NCBI GenBank assembly: GCA_043767805.1
Contig: JAYUGC010000194.1
Span: 1 to 20,126, forward strand
DNA from: Pseudomonadota bacterium
GTDB lineage: Bacteria; Bdellovibrionota; FAC87; UBA2466
Length of the DNA stretch: 20,126 nt
Direction of reading: 5' to 3'
Positions 1 to 7,616 of the stretch are shown one piece after another. The notes beneath the pieces were generated by a model. It had not been told where the DNA came from. It worked only from the letters and a program-made list of their open reading frames with translations, and searched no databases. A program made the translations under genes and the position numbers. Numbering within the stretch: the stretch's first letter is position 1; each line of letters starts with the position of its first letter.

Positions 1-463
1 GCCGGGTTTCCAATTCGGAGATATGGGGCTGAAACTCTGGTTTCTTGTCCTTTAAGAATTTGGCGAGGTATCCAATGGCCGAGCTAAGCACCACGGACTT
101 TACATACTCAATTTCAGGGCCGAACTCCCGGGCGATGGCGCCTCCGAGGGGAGCCCGAGGCGCGCGCGGCAGAGCGGCGGACGGGCGGGGACTTGCGTCC
201 CCGCCTTTTCCGACAGCCATATTGCCTAGCAAAAAGCCACCGCCTACGGCGACTCCCACGCAGGTCCAAGGGCGTTTCTGGACTTGGTACTCAGGATTTA
301 GATGCGCCAGTGTTTCCGATACGGCGTTTTTGACGTCGGCGACGGAATCCTTTGCCTGCTCGTACTTACCTTCCACGATGGATCCGAACTCATGGAGGTT
401 CGCCTCGAGAGCGGCGCTGGTTTTATAGATGTCCTGGCGGATTTGTTCCGTTTTGCTAGGCAT
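1..463 (-). CDS. DUF3618/ElaB-like membrane-associated protein (3' end runs off the window)
   Basis: Read by hand; not in the ORF track because there is no stop in the window. ATG at 463 follows AGGAG. Translation: MPSKTEQIRQDIYKTSAALEANLHEFGSIVEGKYEQAKDSVADVKNAVSETLAHLNPEYQVQKRPWTCVGVAVGGGFLLG... The 'EQIRQDI' start is DUF3618-like and 'KRPW..VGVAVGGGFLLG' is a DUF883-type hydrophobic segment. Confidence 0.8.
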   Translation of the reverse strand, partial: MPSKTEQIRQDIYKTSAALEANLHEFGSIVEGKYEQAKDSVADVKNAVSETLAHLNPEYQVQKRPWTCVGVAVGGGFLLGNMAVGKGGDASPRPSAALPRAPRAPLGGAIAREFGPEIEYVKSVVLSSAIGYLAKFLKDKKPEFQPHISELETR

Positions 464-486
464 GAAGCGTCTCCTAAGAATCGAAG

Positions 487-831
487 TTAGTCTCTACGAG
501 CGCCGCGAACGACGGTCGCAATCAAGGCGCCAACGCCGAGGCCGATGGCCAAGGCCTGGAGCGGATACTTTTTCACGAGCGATGTGGCCTTTTTACCGGC
601 GTCCGCGAAGAAGTCTTCCGCGCCTTCGAGCCATTCACCCGCGTTAGACAAGCCTCCGTCGACAGCTTTCACGACGGCTTTGGCCTGCGGGCTGTCCATA
701 GCGGAGTCAAACACGTCTTCGGCCTTCTTCGCGAAGTCTCCAATGATGGTATTGGCTTCGTTAGCAACTTCCCGGCCCTTCGTGGCGGCTTCGTGACCTT
801 TTTTCTGAATTTCGTTACGTGCGGTTTCCAT
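487..831 (-). CDS. DUF883/ElaB/YqjD-like tail-anchored protein
   Basis: 114 aa with a helical Ala/Lys/Glu-rich body and a C-terminal 'VKKYPLQALAIGLGVGALIATVVRGARR' anchor. AGGAG RBS upstream. Confidence 0.85.
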   Translation of the reverse strand: METARNEIQKKGHEAATKGREVANEANTIIGDFAKKAEDVFDSAMDSPQAKAVVKAVDGGLSNAGEWLEGAEDFFADAGKKATSLVKKYPLQALAIGLGVGALIATVVRGARRD

Positions 832-871
832 GATCTAAATCTCCTGGTTACAAGTTTCGAGGATTACCTGG

Positions 872-887
872 TGCAAGGTGCGTACCA
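872..887 (-). promoter_or_regulatory. sigma54 (RpoN) -24/-12 promoter for the DUF883/DUF3618 genes
   Basis: Minus strand reads TGGTAC-GCACC-TTGCA, one mismatch to TGGCAC-N5-TTGCW with exact spacing, about 40 nt upstream of the ATG at 831. Confidence 0.75.
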
Positions 888-888
888 T

Positions 889-1128
889 TTACGCGCGGGG
901 CTCGCGTGCGGCGGGCGCTTTCGCCGTGAGGCGCCGCAGTATGAGGAAGGCGCCTATAAGAGGTAGCGGAGAAACGGAGTACCACCAGCGGCTCAAGGGC
1001 CGCGCAACCGCCTCTATTAGAGATGAGCGCTCGTCGCGCAACGGGCGCCACTCTTCATCCAGGTCGCGCTGATAGCGGGGCCGCGCATCTCCGAACAAGA
1101 CTTCATCCAAGTTTTTTAAAAGCTTCAT
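889..1128 (-). CDS. Small hypothetical protein with C-terminal hydrophobic segment (79 aa)
   Basis: Start reassigned from 1311 to the ATG at 1128 (MKLLKNLDEVLFGD...), which has an AGGA RBS and its own sigma54 motif. C-terminal 'WWYSVSPLPLIGAFLILRR'. Confidence 0.65.
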   Translation of the reverse strand: MKLLKNLDEVLFGDARPRYQRDLDEEWRPLRDERSSLIEAVARPLSRWWYSVSPLPLIGAFLILRRLTAKAPAAREPRA

Positions 1129-1158
1129 ATGAGTTTTCCTCCGGTTCACCTCGACATA

Positions 1159-1174
1159 CGCAACATTGATGCCA
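1159..1174 (-). promoter_or_regulatory. sigma54 -24/-12 promoter
   Basis: Minus strand reads TGGCAT-CAATG-TTGCG with exact spacing, about 30 nt upstream of the ATG at 1128. Confidence 0.75.
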
Positions 1175-1215
1175 GTGAAAATAGCTACAAATTCGTGACG
1201 AGCTCGGCGTTGACA

Positions 1216-1252
1216 CGTCTCTAAACGGGAACAGCGTCCGCTAACGGAGACA
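1216..1252. promoter_or_regulatory. Candidate tandem enhancer (UAS) sites for a sigma54 activator
   Basis: Two imperfect dyads 19 bp apart, CGTC-N10-AACA (1216-1233) and CGTC-N10-GACA (1235-1252), lying between the divergent sigma54 motifs. Confidence 0.4.
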
Positions 1253-1305
1253 ACCGTTTCCTCAAAAAAAGGACGCGCGCCGGAGATTTCTAGCGCGCGC
1301 GGCCG

Positions 1306-1321
1306 TGGCACGCCGGTTGCA
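1306..1321 (+). promoter_or_regulatory. sigma54 -24/-12 promoter for the DUF1328 operon
   Basis: TGGCAC-GCCGG-TTGCA, a perfect match to the consensus. Confidence 0.85.
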
Positions 1322-1418
1322 CTGACGATTTAGCACAACCTTCGGACTCGTCTATCGATCGCCGGGGGCAAACTTAGATGGGCTCCAAAGTAGAGCTCGT
1401 CCTTTTGGGAGGTAGATT

Positions 1419-1601
1419 ATGTTGAGAGCTGCGTTAGCCTTTTTCGTTTTGGCCCTGATCGCGATGTTCCTCGGCGCTAACGGCGTCGCGGGCGTTTCCC
1501 TGGAAGCGGGCAAGCTTCTTCTCATGGTGTTCTTGGTCCTCGCCATCGTTAGCGGTGTCGTTGGCTTGGTATCCGGGCGCGGTCCGCGCTCGCTCACTTA
1601 G
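1419..1601 (+). CDS. DUF1328 (UPF0391/YtjA-like) small membrane protein
   Basis: MLRAALAFFVLALIAMFLGANGVAGVSLEAGKLLLMVFLVLAIVS is the characteristic two-TM family pattern. GGAGG RBS. Confidence 0.92.
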   Translation: MLRAALAFFVLALIAMFLGANGVAGVSLEAGKLLLMVFLVLAIVSGVVGLVSGRGPRSLT

Positions 1602-1631
1602 TTTTACTCAATTGGAAAGCGGAGTTTTAAG

Positions 1632-1922
1632 ATGCGGAATTCTATGTTTAAGACCCTGATGGCTCTGTTGGCTGGCGTTAGTTTCTTTCTCGCGGCGGGC
1701 GTTAGTTTGCGCGCGGTAGCCAACGAAAGTACCGGCGAGAAGATTGAAAATAAAATGGACGAGGCTGGCAAAGACATGCGGAAGGGCAGCCGCAAGATGA
1801 AGCGCAAGGCGCGCAATGCGAGCGGTCACGGCAGCGTCGGCAAAGACATGAAAGACGCCGGCAAAGACGCGGGCGACGAGATCAAAACGGGCGCGAAGAA
1901 ACTCAAACAAAAGGTGGATTAA
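1632..1922 (+). CDS. Secreted hydrophilin / CsbD- or LEA-like helical protein
   Basis: Signal peptide followed by K/D/E/G/A-rich repeats (GKDMRK, GKDMKD, GKDAGD). GGAG RBS. Confidence 0.75.
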   Translation: MRNSMFKTLMALLAGVSFFLAAGVSLRAVANESTGEKIENKMDEAGKDMRKGSRKMKRKARNASGHGSVGKDMKDAGKDAGDEIKTGAKKLKQKVD

Positions 1923-1926
1923 TCCC

Positions 1927-2427
1927 ATGAGCATTTTCACGGAGCTCAAAAAGGATCACAAGCAGGTCAAGGCGCTTTGTAAGGCCATCGAGAAGGAAGA
2001 AGAGTCTCCGAAGAAGCGGTTGAAGCACTTCTTGGAGCTCGCGAACCTTCTTAGCCATCACACCTACGCTGAAGAAGAAGCCTTTTACGAACGCCTGAAG
2101 CCCGAAGGGGGCAAGGCGCGGGCCTTGGCGCTCGAAGGCTATGAAGAGCATCATGTCGCTGACTTTCTGCTCAGCGAGCTGAAGAACCTCTCCGTGGAAG
2201 ACGAGCACTGGACCGCCAAGTTCACGGTGCTGAAGGAATCGTTGGAGCACCACATCGAAGAGGAAGAAGAAGACATGTTCGCGACCGCCCGGAAGAAGTT
2301 TTCCAAGGCCGAGCTCGAACAGGCCGGTAAGGCTTTTCTAAAGCTCAAGAAGGCGGGAGATTCCATTCCTGATAAACACACGTTTGCGGGATCCCAACGG
2401 GGTCACGTCGGCGGCGCCCGCGCTTAA
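1927..2427 (+). CDS. Hemerythrin/HHE cation-binding domain protein
   Basis: Motifs LKKDH, HHTYAEEEAFY, EEHH and HHIEEEEEDMF. Confidence 0.92.
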   Translation: MSIFTELKKDHKQVKALCKAIEKEEESPKKRLKHFLELANLLSHHTYAEEEAFYERLKPEGGKARALALEGYEEHHVADFLLSELKNLSVEDEHWTAKFTVLKESLEHHIEEEEEDMFATARKKFSKAELEQAGKAFLKLKKAGDSIPDKHTFAGSQRGHVGGARA

Positions 2428-2449
2428 CTAGCCCCAAAGGAGTTTTCTC

Positions 2450-2758
2450 ATGGATCAGACACCACAGACCGGCGATTCTCGTCTCGAACAACAGGGGGCT
2501 ACCCTAGGCAGCGCTCATAGCGTCGTTCCCGATGGGAACATCCCAAAAGAAGCCTTACGCGAGAGTGCTCGGGCTCATGCCCGCAAGGGCTCTAAAGAAA
2601 CGGATTTCGACCAGAGCCGGGGCGGGGTCGGCGAGGCTAAGCTGGAAGCGACGGCCGGAAACGAGGCTTTGCGCCGCGGCCCTCCCTGGCGAGTGCTGGC
2701 GCTCGCGGGCCTGTCGATCGCGGCGGTGACGTTTTTTGTCGCTCGTTCTCGGCGATAA
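2450..2758 (+). CDS. Hypothetical protein with C-terminal membrane anchor
   Basis: AAGGAG RBS, a polar disordered body and the tail 'PPWRVLALAGLSIAAVTFFVARSRR'. Confidence 0.7.
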   Translation: MDQTPQTGDSRLEQQGATLGSAHSVVPDGNIPKEALRESARAHARKGSKETDFDQSRGGVGEAKLEATAGNEALRRGPPWRVLALAGLSIAAVTFFVARSRR

Positions 2759-2842
2759 GTCCTTTCCCGACGGCAAAGACACGGCACGAGGCAGTGTGCT
2801 AGAAGGAGGTCCTTCGGAACATCTATTGAGTAGGAGTTTTGC

Positions 2843-3922
2843 GTGGTCGCGTCTGCGCCCAATCGAAAAAATCAGGTCACTTTCATCACCTTTCTGCTCC
2901 TTTTGGGAGCCTTGGCGGTGGTCCTGTTTCGGATGTTCGGCCCGTATTTTCTAGCGCTCTTTATGGGCGCGATCTTGGCGCTGATGTTCCGTCCGCTCTT
3001 TCGCCGCCTTCGGTCGCGCGGGATGGGCGCCCGCCCTTCGTCCGCTCTGCTCACTCTGCTTCTTACTTTAGTGCTCATCGGTCCCGTGGCTTCCTTCTCG
3101 GTCATCGCCGTCAATCAAAGCATCGACTTCGCGAAAACGCTCTCGGGCTATCAAGGGCTCAATCTCTCATCGCTCGAAGGCTATCTCTTTCGTTTTCAGT
3201 CCATCCGGGATCTCGCGGGGAGCCGCGAGAATCTCACCTTGAAATTGCAAGACGAGATCCAGGGCTTCGGTCGTACCGCTTCCTCCTGGCTCGTGGTGCA
3301 ACTCTCGACCCTTCCGGACTTGGCCGTTCAGCTCACGCTGGTGCTGCTTACCTTCTATTTTTTCTTGATAGACGGCCCGAGGCTACTCGTTTGGATGCGG
3401 GATAAAGTACCGCTCGATGCCGACGTGCGGGAAATCCTCTACCGCTCCTTCAAGGATACCGCCATCTCTTCCATCTGGGCGACGGTGCTCGCGGCCGCGG
3501 TGCAGGCCGTGATTCTCTTCATCGGATTTCTGGTGCTTGGGGTGCCCGGGGCTTTCTTCGGAGCTTGCGTCACCTTCTTCTTTGCCTGGATTCCGGTCGT
3601 CGGGAGCGCGCCGGTTTGGATTGGCGCGGCTATTTATCTCTTCGCCCATCACGCGCCGGCTAGCGCGGCCGCCATGATAGGTTTCGGCATTCTGACGAGT
3701 GTCGCCGATCACATGGTGAAGCCATGGATGCTCAGGGGCAGAAGTCATCTCCACCCGCTCTTTGCGCTCGTCGGTATCTTTGGCGGCATTCACATGTTCG
3801 GTTTGCTCGGAGTTTTCTTCGGACCCATCCTGACGGCTTCTTTCGTCTCACTGCTCGAAATCTGGCCCGAAGTCCGGAAACGTTTCTTTGCCGGTCGTTT
3901 AACGCCTATGGAGGCCGCATGA
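2843..3922 (+). CDS. AI-2E family transporter (PerM/YdiK-like)
   Basis: 359 aa multi-TM protein with 'FYFFLIDG', 'IPVVGSAPVW', 'DHMVKP' and 'GGIHMFGLLGVFFGP'. GTG start with AGGAG RBS. Confidence 0.93.
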   Translation: MVASAPNRKNQVTFITFLLLLGALAVVLFRMFGPYFLALFMGAILALMFRPLFRRLRSRGMGARPSSALLTLLLTLVLIGPVASFSVIAVNQSIDFAKTLSGYQGLNLSSLEGYLFRFQSIRDLAGSRENLTLKLQDEIQGFGRTASSWLVVQLSTLPDLAVQLTLVLLTFYFFLIDGPRLLVWMRDKVPLDADVREILYRSFKDTAISSIWATVLAAAVQAVILFIGFLVLGVPGAFFGACVTFFFAWIPVVGSAPVWIGAAIYLFAHHAPASAAAMIGFGILTSVADHMVKPWMLRGRSHLHPLFALVGIFGGIHMFGLLGVFFGPILTASFVSLLEIWPEVRKRFFAGRLTPMEAA

Positions 3923-4995
3923 AAGCGCGCGTTTGGTTCTTGATGGTTATGATGCTGGCCGTCCGCGTAAACGCGGACGTCGCCGAACCGCCGGTTGAAT
4001 CTGGCTCCCAGGCCGCAGTGGAAAAGCCGGCGGAAGAGGCCGGAAGCTCCATGGCTCCCATCGTCGGCTACGAGCCGACTTTCGGGTTCATCGCGGGCGC
4101 TGCCTATTTCTATCAGAGCGAAAAAACCGACTGGGGCATCGATATAAGCACCAACTTTCACAAGGTGTATCAGGCGCACGGGCACGTGGCCCAGGATCTT
4201 GGATCTTCCTGGCAATACGAAATTCAACTCGGCGGCAATCAAGGTTACGACCCTTACTATGGTGAGGGCGGCGAAACCAAGGTGGGCGATCGCGTGAAGC
4301 TTTGGGGCGTGAGCTCCCGCAATGAAGTCCGTCTGGCTTTCAAGGTCTCGAAGAACGTGTCGTTTGGCATCGTCGGAGACCTGCGCGTGCATACGGAGAA
4401 TGGGACCGAGGACTCGCCGGCGCGGATGTTCCCGAATGAAACTTCTTTAGGAATCGGCGGCGAGGTCATCATCGATTACCGTAATCATCCCAATCGGCCG
4501 ACGAAAGGCTTTCTCTTGCGTACGCGCGGCACTGTCATTCCGCCGAAGTGGTCCACCGTGCCCAACTCAAAAGAGTTCGCTCAGCTGGAAAGTAGCTTCA
4601 CCGTGTATCAGGCGATCCTGGACGACATCATTCCGGACGTGGTCGCCGCGTTCCGGGTCATGGGCGGTTACACCTTTGGTCACTCGACCTATGGCTATGC
4701 CTACCGCCTGGGCGGTAGCGATCGGCTAAACGGGTATCTCGAAAACCGCTTCCGCGGGGATAAGTACTATCTCCAGCAGACCGAGCTTCGTTTTCCGATC
4801 TTCAAGATGGTTTCCGGCGCCGCGCTCCTGGGCTTTGGCGATGCGACTCATAGCGTTTTCAGCAATCCTAAAATGTCTTACGGCGTTGGCTTGCGTGTCG
4901 GGCTTCCGCCCGACTGGGTCAGCAAGGTGCGCATCGATCTCGCCTTCGGGAAAGATGAAAAAGGCGTCTTCGTCGACTACGGCCAAACTTTCTAG
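3919..4995 (+). CDS. Omp85/BamA-TamA family outer-membrane beta-barrel lacking POTRA domains
   Basis: Start reassigned to the ATG at 3919 (ATGA overlap with the upstream stop, GGAGG RBS, signal peptide MKARVWFLMVMMLAVRVNA). Has 'LGGSDRLNGYLENRFRG' (loop-6 RGY-like), 'ELRFPI', 'YGVGLR', 'VRIDLAFG' and a terminal beta-signal 'YGQTF'. Confidence 0.85.
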   Translation: MKARVWFLMVMMLAVRVNADVAEPPVESGSQAAVEKPAEEAGSSMAPIVGYEPTFGFIAGAAYFYQSEKTDWGIDISTNFHKVYQAHGHVAQDLGSSWQYEIQLGGNQGYDPYYGEGGETKVGDRVKLWGVSSRNEVRLAFKVSKNVSFGIVGDLRVHTENGTEDSPARMFPNETSLGIGGEVIIDYRNHPNRPTKGFLLRTRGTVIPPKWSTVPNSKEFAQLESSFTVYQAILDDIIPDVVAAFRVMGGYTFGHSTYGYAYRLGGSDRLNGYLENRFRGDKYYLQQTELRFPIFKMVSGAALLGFGDATHSVFSNPKMSYGVGLRVGLPPDWVSKVRIDLAFGKDEKGVFVDYGQTF

Positions 4996-5241
4996 GCGGC
5001 GAGTCTCGGCGCTTCGTTCAGGGCCGCCCCCCTGCCTTCGGGGTCCTACCTGGCCTCCTTGGCTGGACCTGGAGAGGGGCGGAGGGCAAAGAAGTGCGCT
5101 TGGGTATTTCAGCTTTTTGATGGGTGGCAGTAGGGTGGGGCGGTTGGAACGTTCCGCCCAGGAGCCGTTCTCCTTCCAGGCCGCCCATGAAATCCCTTTT
5201 TAATAGAGTGGCTAGTGCTACGCGCCAGAAGCGGCAATTTA

Positions 5242-5640
5242 TTATTTTTTGGGAGGCTTCGACCAGTCGAAGGCGCCTTTGCCTTCCATCCACGCCGCCG
5301 CTTTTTGGCGGAGCTCGGGAGTGGGCACGAGCCTAAGGAACGCGAGCACGTCGTCCGTGCCCATTTCCTTGCGGATGCGGCGGTAGGTGTCCAGATAAAC
5401 GCGAAACTTGTCCTCGGCTTCCGTGTCGAAGGAAGGCGGATAGCGATCGGAGATCTTGATGAAGGTCTCGACGGGCTCTTTCTTTTTGACCAGGTCGAGG
5501 GCGGTCTTTTCGTTGAAGGCGGTCGCGGGCACGTTCAAAAGCAGACAGAGCGCACGGCAGGCCCGTGGAAAGCCTTCCTTCTGGTTCGCGCTTTGCTCAA
5601 CACTTTCCCAGGCCGAGCGAACTCTTTCTTCGAGACCCAT
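5242..5640 (-). CDS. Hypothetical helical protein (132 aa)
   Basis: Protein-like composition. Starts 5 nt after the stop of the upstream hydrolase-like gene, so probably in the same operon. No family recognised. Confidence 0.7.
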   Translation of the reverse strand: MGLEERVRSAWESVEQSANQKEGFPRACRALCLLLNVPATAFNEKTALDLVKKKEPVETFIKISDRYPPSFDTEAEDKFRVYLDTYRRIRKEMGTDDVLAFLRLVPTPELRQKAAAWMEGKGAFDWSKPPKK

Positions 5641-5645
5641 GCCGA

Positions 5646-6356
5646 TTATTCTACCACCGCCCCTGAAGCGCCGCCGAGCAGCGTTTGGAGAAAATGGTAA
5701 CGGGCTCGCTGGGACGCTTTTCCCAGCATGTCATGGTCGTCGTCGATCCACGAAATGAGGCAATTGGGGGGCGCCGTCGTTTCAATCTCCCTCCCCTGAG
5801 ACGCTTCTATCCAGGGATCCCGCGTGCCGAACTGCAATAAACCCGGAAGGGATAAGTCCATAACCCTCGTCGTCAAATCATGGGGCCGGGCGATGGAGCG
5901 GAAGGCGCTAGCTACGAAAGGGCCCTGAGCCCGAGCGGCCACGGCAACCGGGTGCTCGCTTACTAACCAAAACTCGCTAAGCCGCGGTACGGATCCCGCG
6001 GCGAGAAAGCCTCGTGCCGGGGTCTGGCCGACGCAGGCGGCGGCGACCGATCCGCCCAAGTTGAAGCCTGCGACCACCAACGGGAGTCCCGCTTGGGACA
6101 GCGGATCGGAGGCCCAGGCCCGCGAGGCTTCCTTGGGCAACTGGCTCCAAAACCGGGCTTCGGACTCCGGTTGTTGAGGACCGCGAGCGGGAGACGTCCC
6201 CGTGAGGTAACTCGCCCTCCAGGCCAGTACGGCCACGCCCGATTCGGCAAGCCGTTCCGCTTCGCTACGAAATTCCGGCTTGAAGCCCGTGGCGGGTGGA
6301 CAGAAAAAGGCAATGCCAAGGCACGCGCCGTTCGGTGTCCATCGATGAAAGCCCAT
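5646..6356 (-). CDS. Alpha/beta hydrolase-fold protein with atypical nucleophile (GFNLG)
   Basis: Ordered motifs 'LAESGVAVL', 'VVAGFNLGGSVA', 'LLQFGTRDPWI' (acid) and 'DDDHDM' (His). Confidence 0.7.
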   Translation of the reverse strand: MGFHRWTPNGACLGIAFFCPPATGFKPEFRSEAERLAESGVAVLAWRASYLTGTSPARGPQQPESEARFWSQLPKEASRAWASDPLSQAGLPLVVAGFNLGGSVAAACVGQTPARGFLAAGSVPRLSEFWLVSEHPVAVAARAQGPFVASAFRSIARPHDLTTRVMDLSLPGLLQFGTRDPWIEASQGREIETTAPPNCLISWIDDDHDMLGKASQRARYHFLQTLLGGASGAVVE

Positions 6357-6399
6357 GGACGAAAGGCATACCTCCTTTTTGAGAGGAGGAAAGTTAAGA

Positions 6400-6855
6400 T
6401 TACGGGACGGAGCCGTCGCCGAACGCGAGGTAATTGAAGACGTGATACTCCTTGCGCCCGATGCGGTAGCTCAGCTTGTGATCGGAGTTGGGAAGGAGAT
6501 TCAAATCGAAGGAGAGACAGCCTTCCGGTAAAGCGTGGCCCTCGCTCGCGGTGAGCGCGCGCGCCGTCGTCACTTGTTTACCGGCCGCCGCTTCGAAACT
6601 CACTTCGAGACCGCTGGGAAGAGCGAGGCACGAGTCCTCCGCGCTTTTCGGGCCCGGGCAATACATGCGAAAGGCGCCCGGAAGGGGGGCGTAGTAGCAA
6701 GACGTGTTCACGATCGTGACTGGAAGATCCGAGACGAAGGCCGTCGGTCCCGGCGTGCCGCCAGTGGCTTGGCCGCCGCCGCCCTCGGGCGCTTTGGTGC
6801 AGGCAATGAGCAGAAACGAGGAAAAGATCAGAAAAGTTCTGGCTACGTACCGCAT
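6400..6855 (-). CDS. Hypothetical lipoprotein (151 aa)
   Basis: Start reassigned to the ATG at 6855. MRYVARTFLIFSSFLLIA-C lipobox, a Gly/Pro linker and four further Cys. Confidence 0.75.
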   Translation of the reverse strand: MRYVARTFLIFSSFLLIACTKAPEGGGGQATGGTPGPTAFVSDLPVTIVNTSCYYAPLPGAFRMYCPGPKSAEDSCLALPSGLEVSFEAAAGKQVTTARALTASEGHALPEGCLSFDLNLLPNSDHKLSYRIGRKEYHVFNYLAFGDGSVP

Positions 6856-7059
6856 GGCTGAACCCCTACCGTTAAGAGGGTATTTCCTACTTTCTAATTT
6901 TAGTCTCAGAGCGTGCTGCAATTGTTGGGGCTAAGTTTCTACGTTATTTCGGTAAGTTAGGGCCATTGCCCAAGGTTTCTTGTCAGGCGGCCCTGCCCGG
7001 TTTATCGGGCATTCAGAGTCTGAACGCGTCCTTCGGTTCGCAGGGGTCCTTCCGCGTCC

Positions 7060-7553
7060 TGGTCACGTGGAGCCCGTTGTGCGCGAGGACACCGCTGCCG
7101 GAAAGGCCGACACCCTTCAGCGCGTGAAAGAGCTGGGGGAAAGGTTCACCTTTCGACGGAAATCACGAGTGCGAAGCTCGGTGCCGAAGGCATGAAGGTC
7201 ACCCTCTCGGACGGCACCGCGTTCACTTGCGACTTGAGCATCGTGCAAATCGGCTTCTTGTTCGCGAAAGAAGTCTTCGAAGAGCACAAAGTCCGCTTGA
7301 ACGACGATGGCAGCATCGCCATCGATCCTTACTTCGAGACGAGCCGCTGCGGTATCTTCGCGGTGGGCGACGTCCATGGGGACATCAAGCAGGTCACCGC
7401 CGCTTGGGCGGAAGGCATTCAAGACGCCATCTACGCTTTCAAAGAGATCACGGCCCCTATTGGCTCAATCAAAAACCCCTCCGGGACTACAAGGTGGCGC
7501 TCATCGGAGAGAAGATCGCGGTGGCCGCGAGAAACAAGGCAACTAAGCCTTAA
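7060..7553 (+). pseudogene. 5'-truncated, frameshifted thioredoxin reductase / ferredoxin-NADP reductase-like gene
   Basis: C-terminal FAD motif 'FETSRCGIFAVGDVHGDIKQVTAAWAEG'. The reading continues across single-base shifts at the G run 7135-7139 and the C run 7454-7457 (...RVKELG/GKVHLSTEI... and ...KEITAP/YWLNQKPLRD...). No N-terminal GxGxxG half is present. Confidence 0.75.
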
Positions 7554-7616
7554 AAAAGTGTAGGCGTTCCGTTTTGCTTGAGTTAAGTCAGTGCAAAACC
7601 GCCTGAGGAGAAAAGG

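Noticed and set aside
45..428. 127-aa plus-strand ORF and overlapping plus ORFs to 796
   Set aside because: They are antisense to the minus-strand DUF3618/DUF883-like genes, which have RBSs and family motifs.
3724..3918. Longer N-termini given by the ORF track (also 1129-1311, 6856-6921, 9001-9036, 11745-11861)
   Set aside because: Downstream ATGs have RBSs and/or begin proper signal peptides, and the extensions overlap other genes or intergenic regulatory DNA.
5018..5188. 56-aa Pro-rich minus-strand ORF or structured RNA in the 4996-5241 gap
   Set aside because: Only a weak RBS and no recognisable motif. Short hairpins are present but match no SRP, 6S or tRNA features I can support.
7562..7578. 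AGGCGTTCCGTTTTGCT as a sigma54 promoter for the acidic protein
   Set aside because: Spacing is 1 nt too long.
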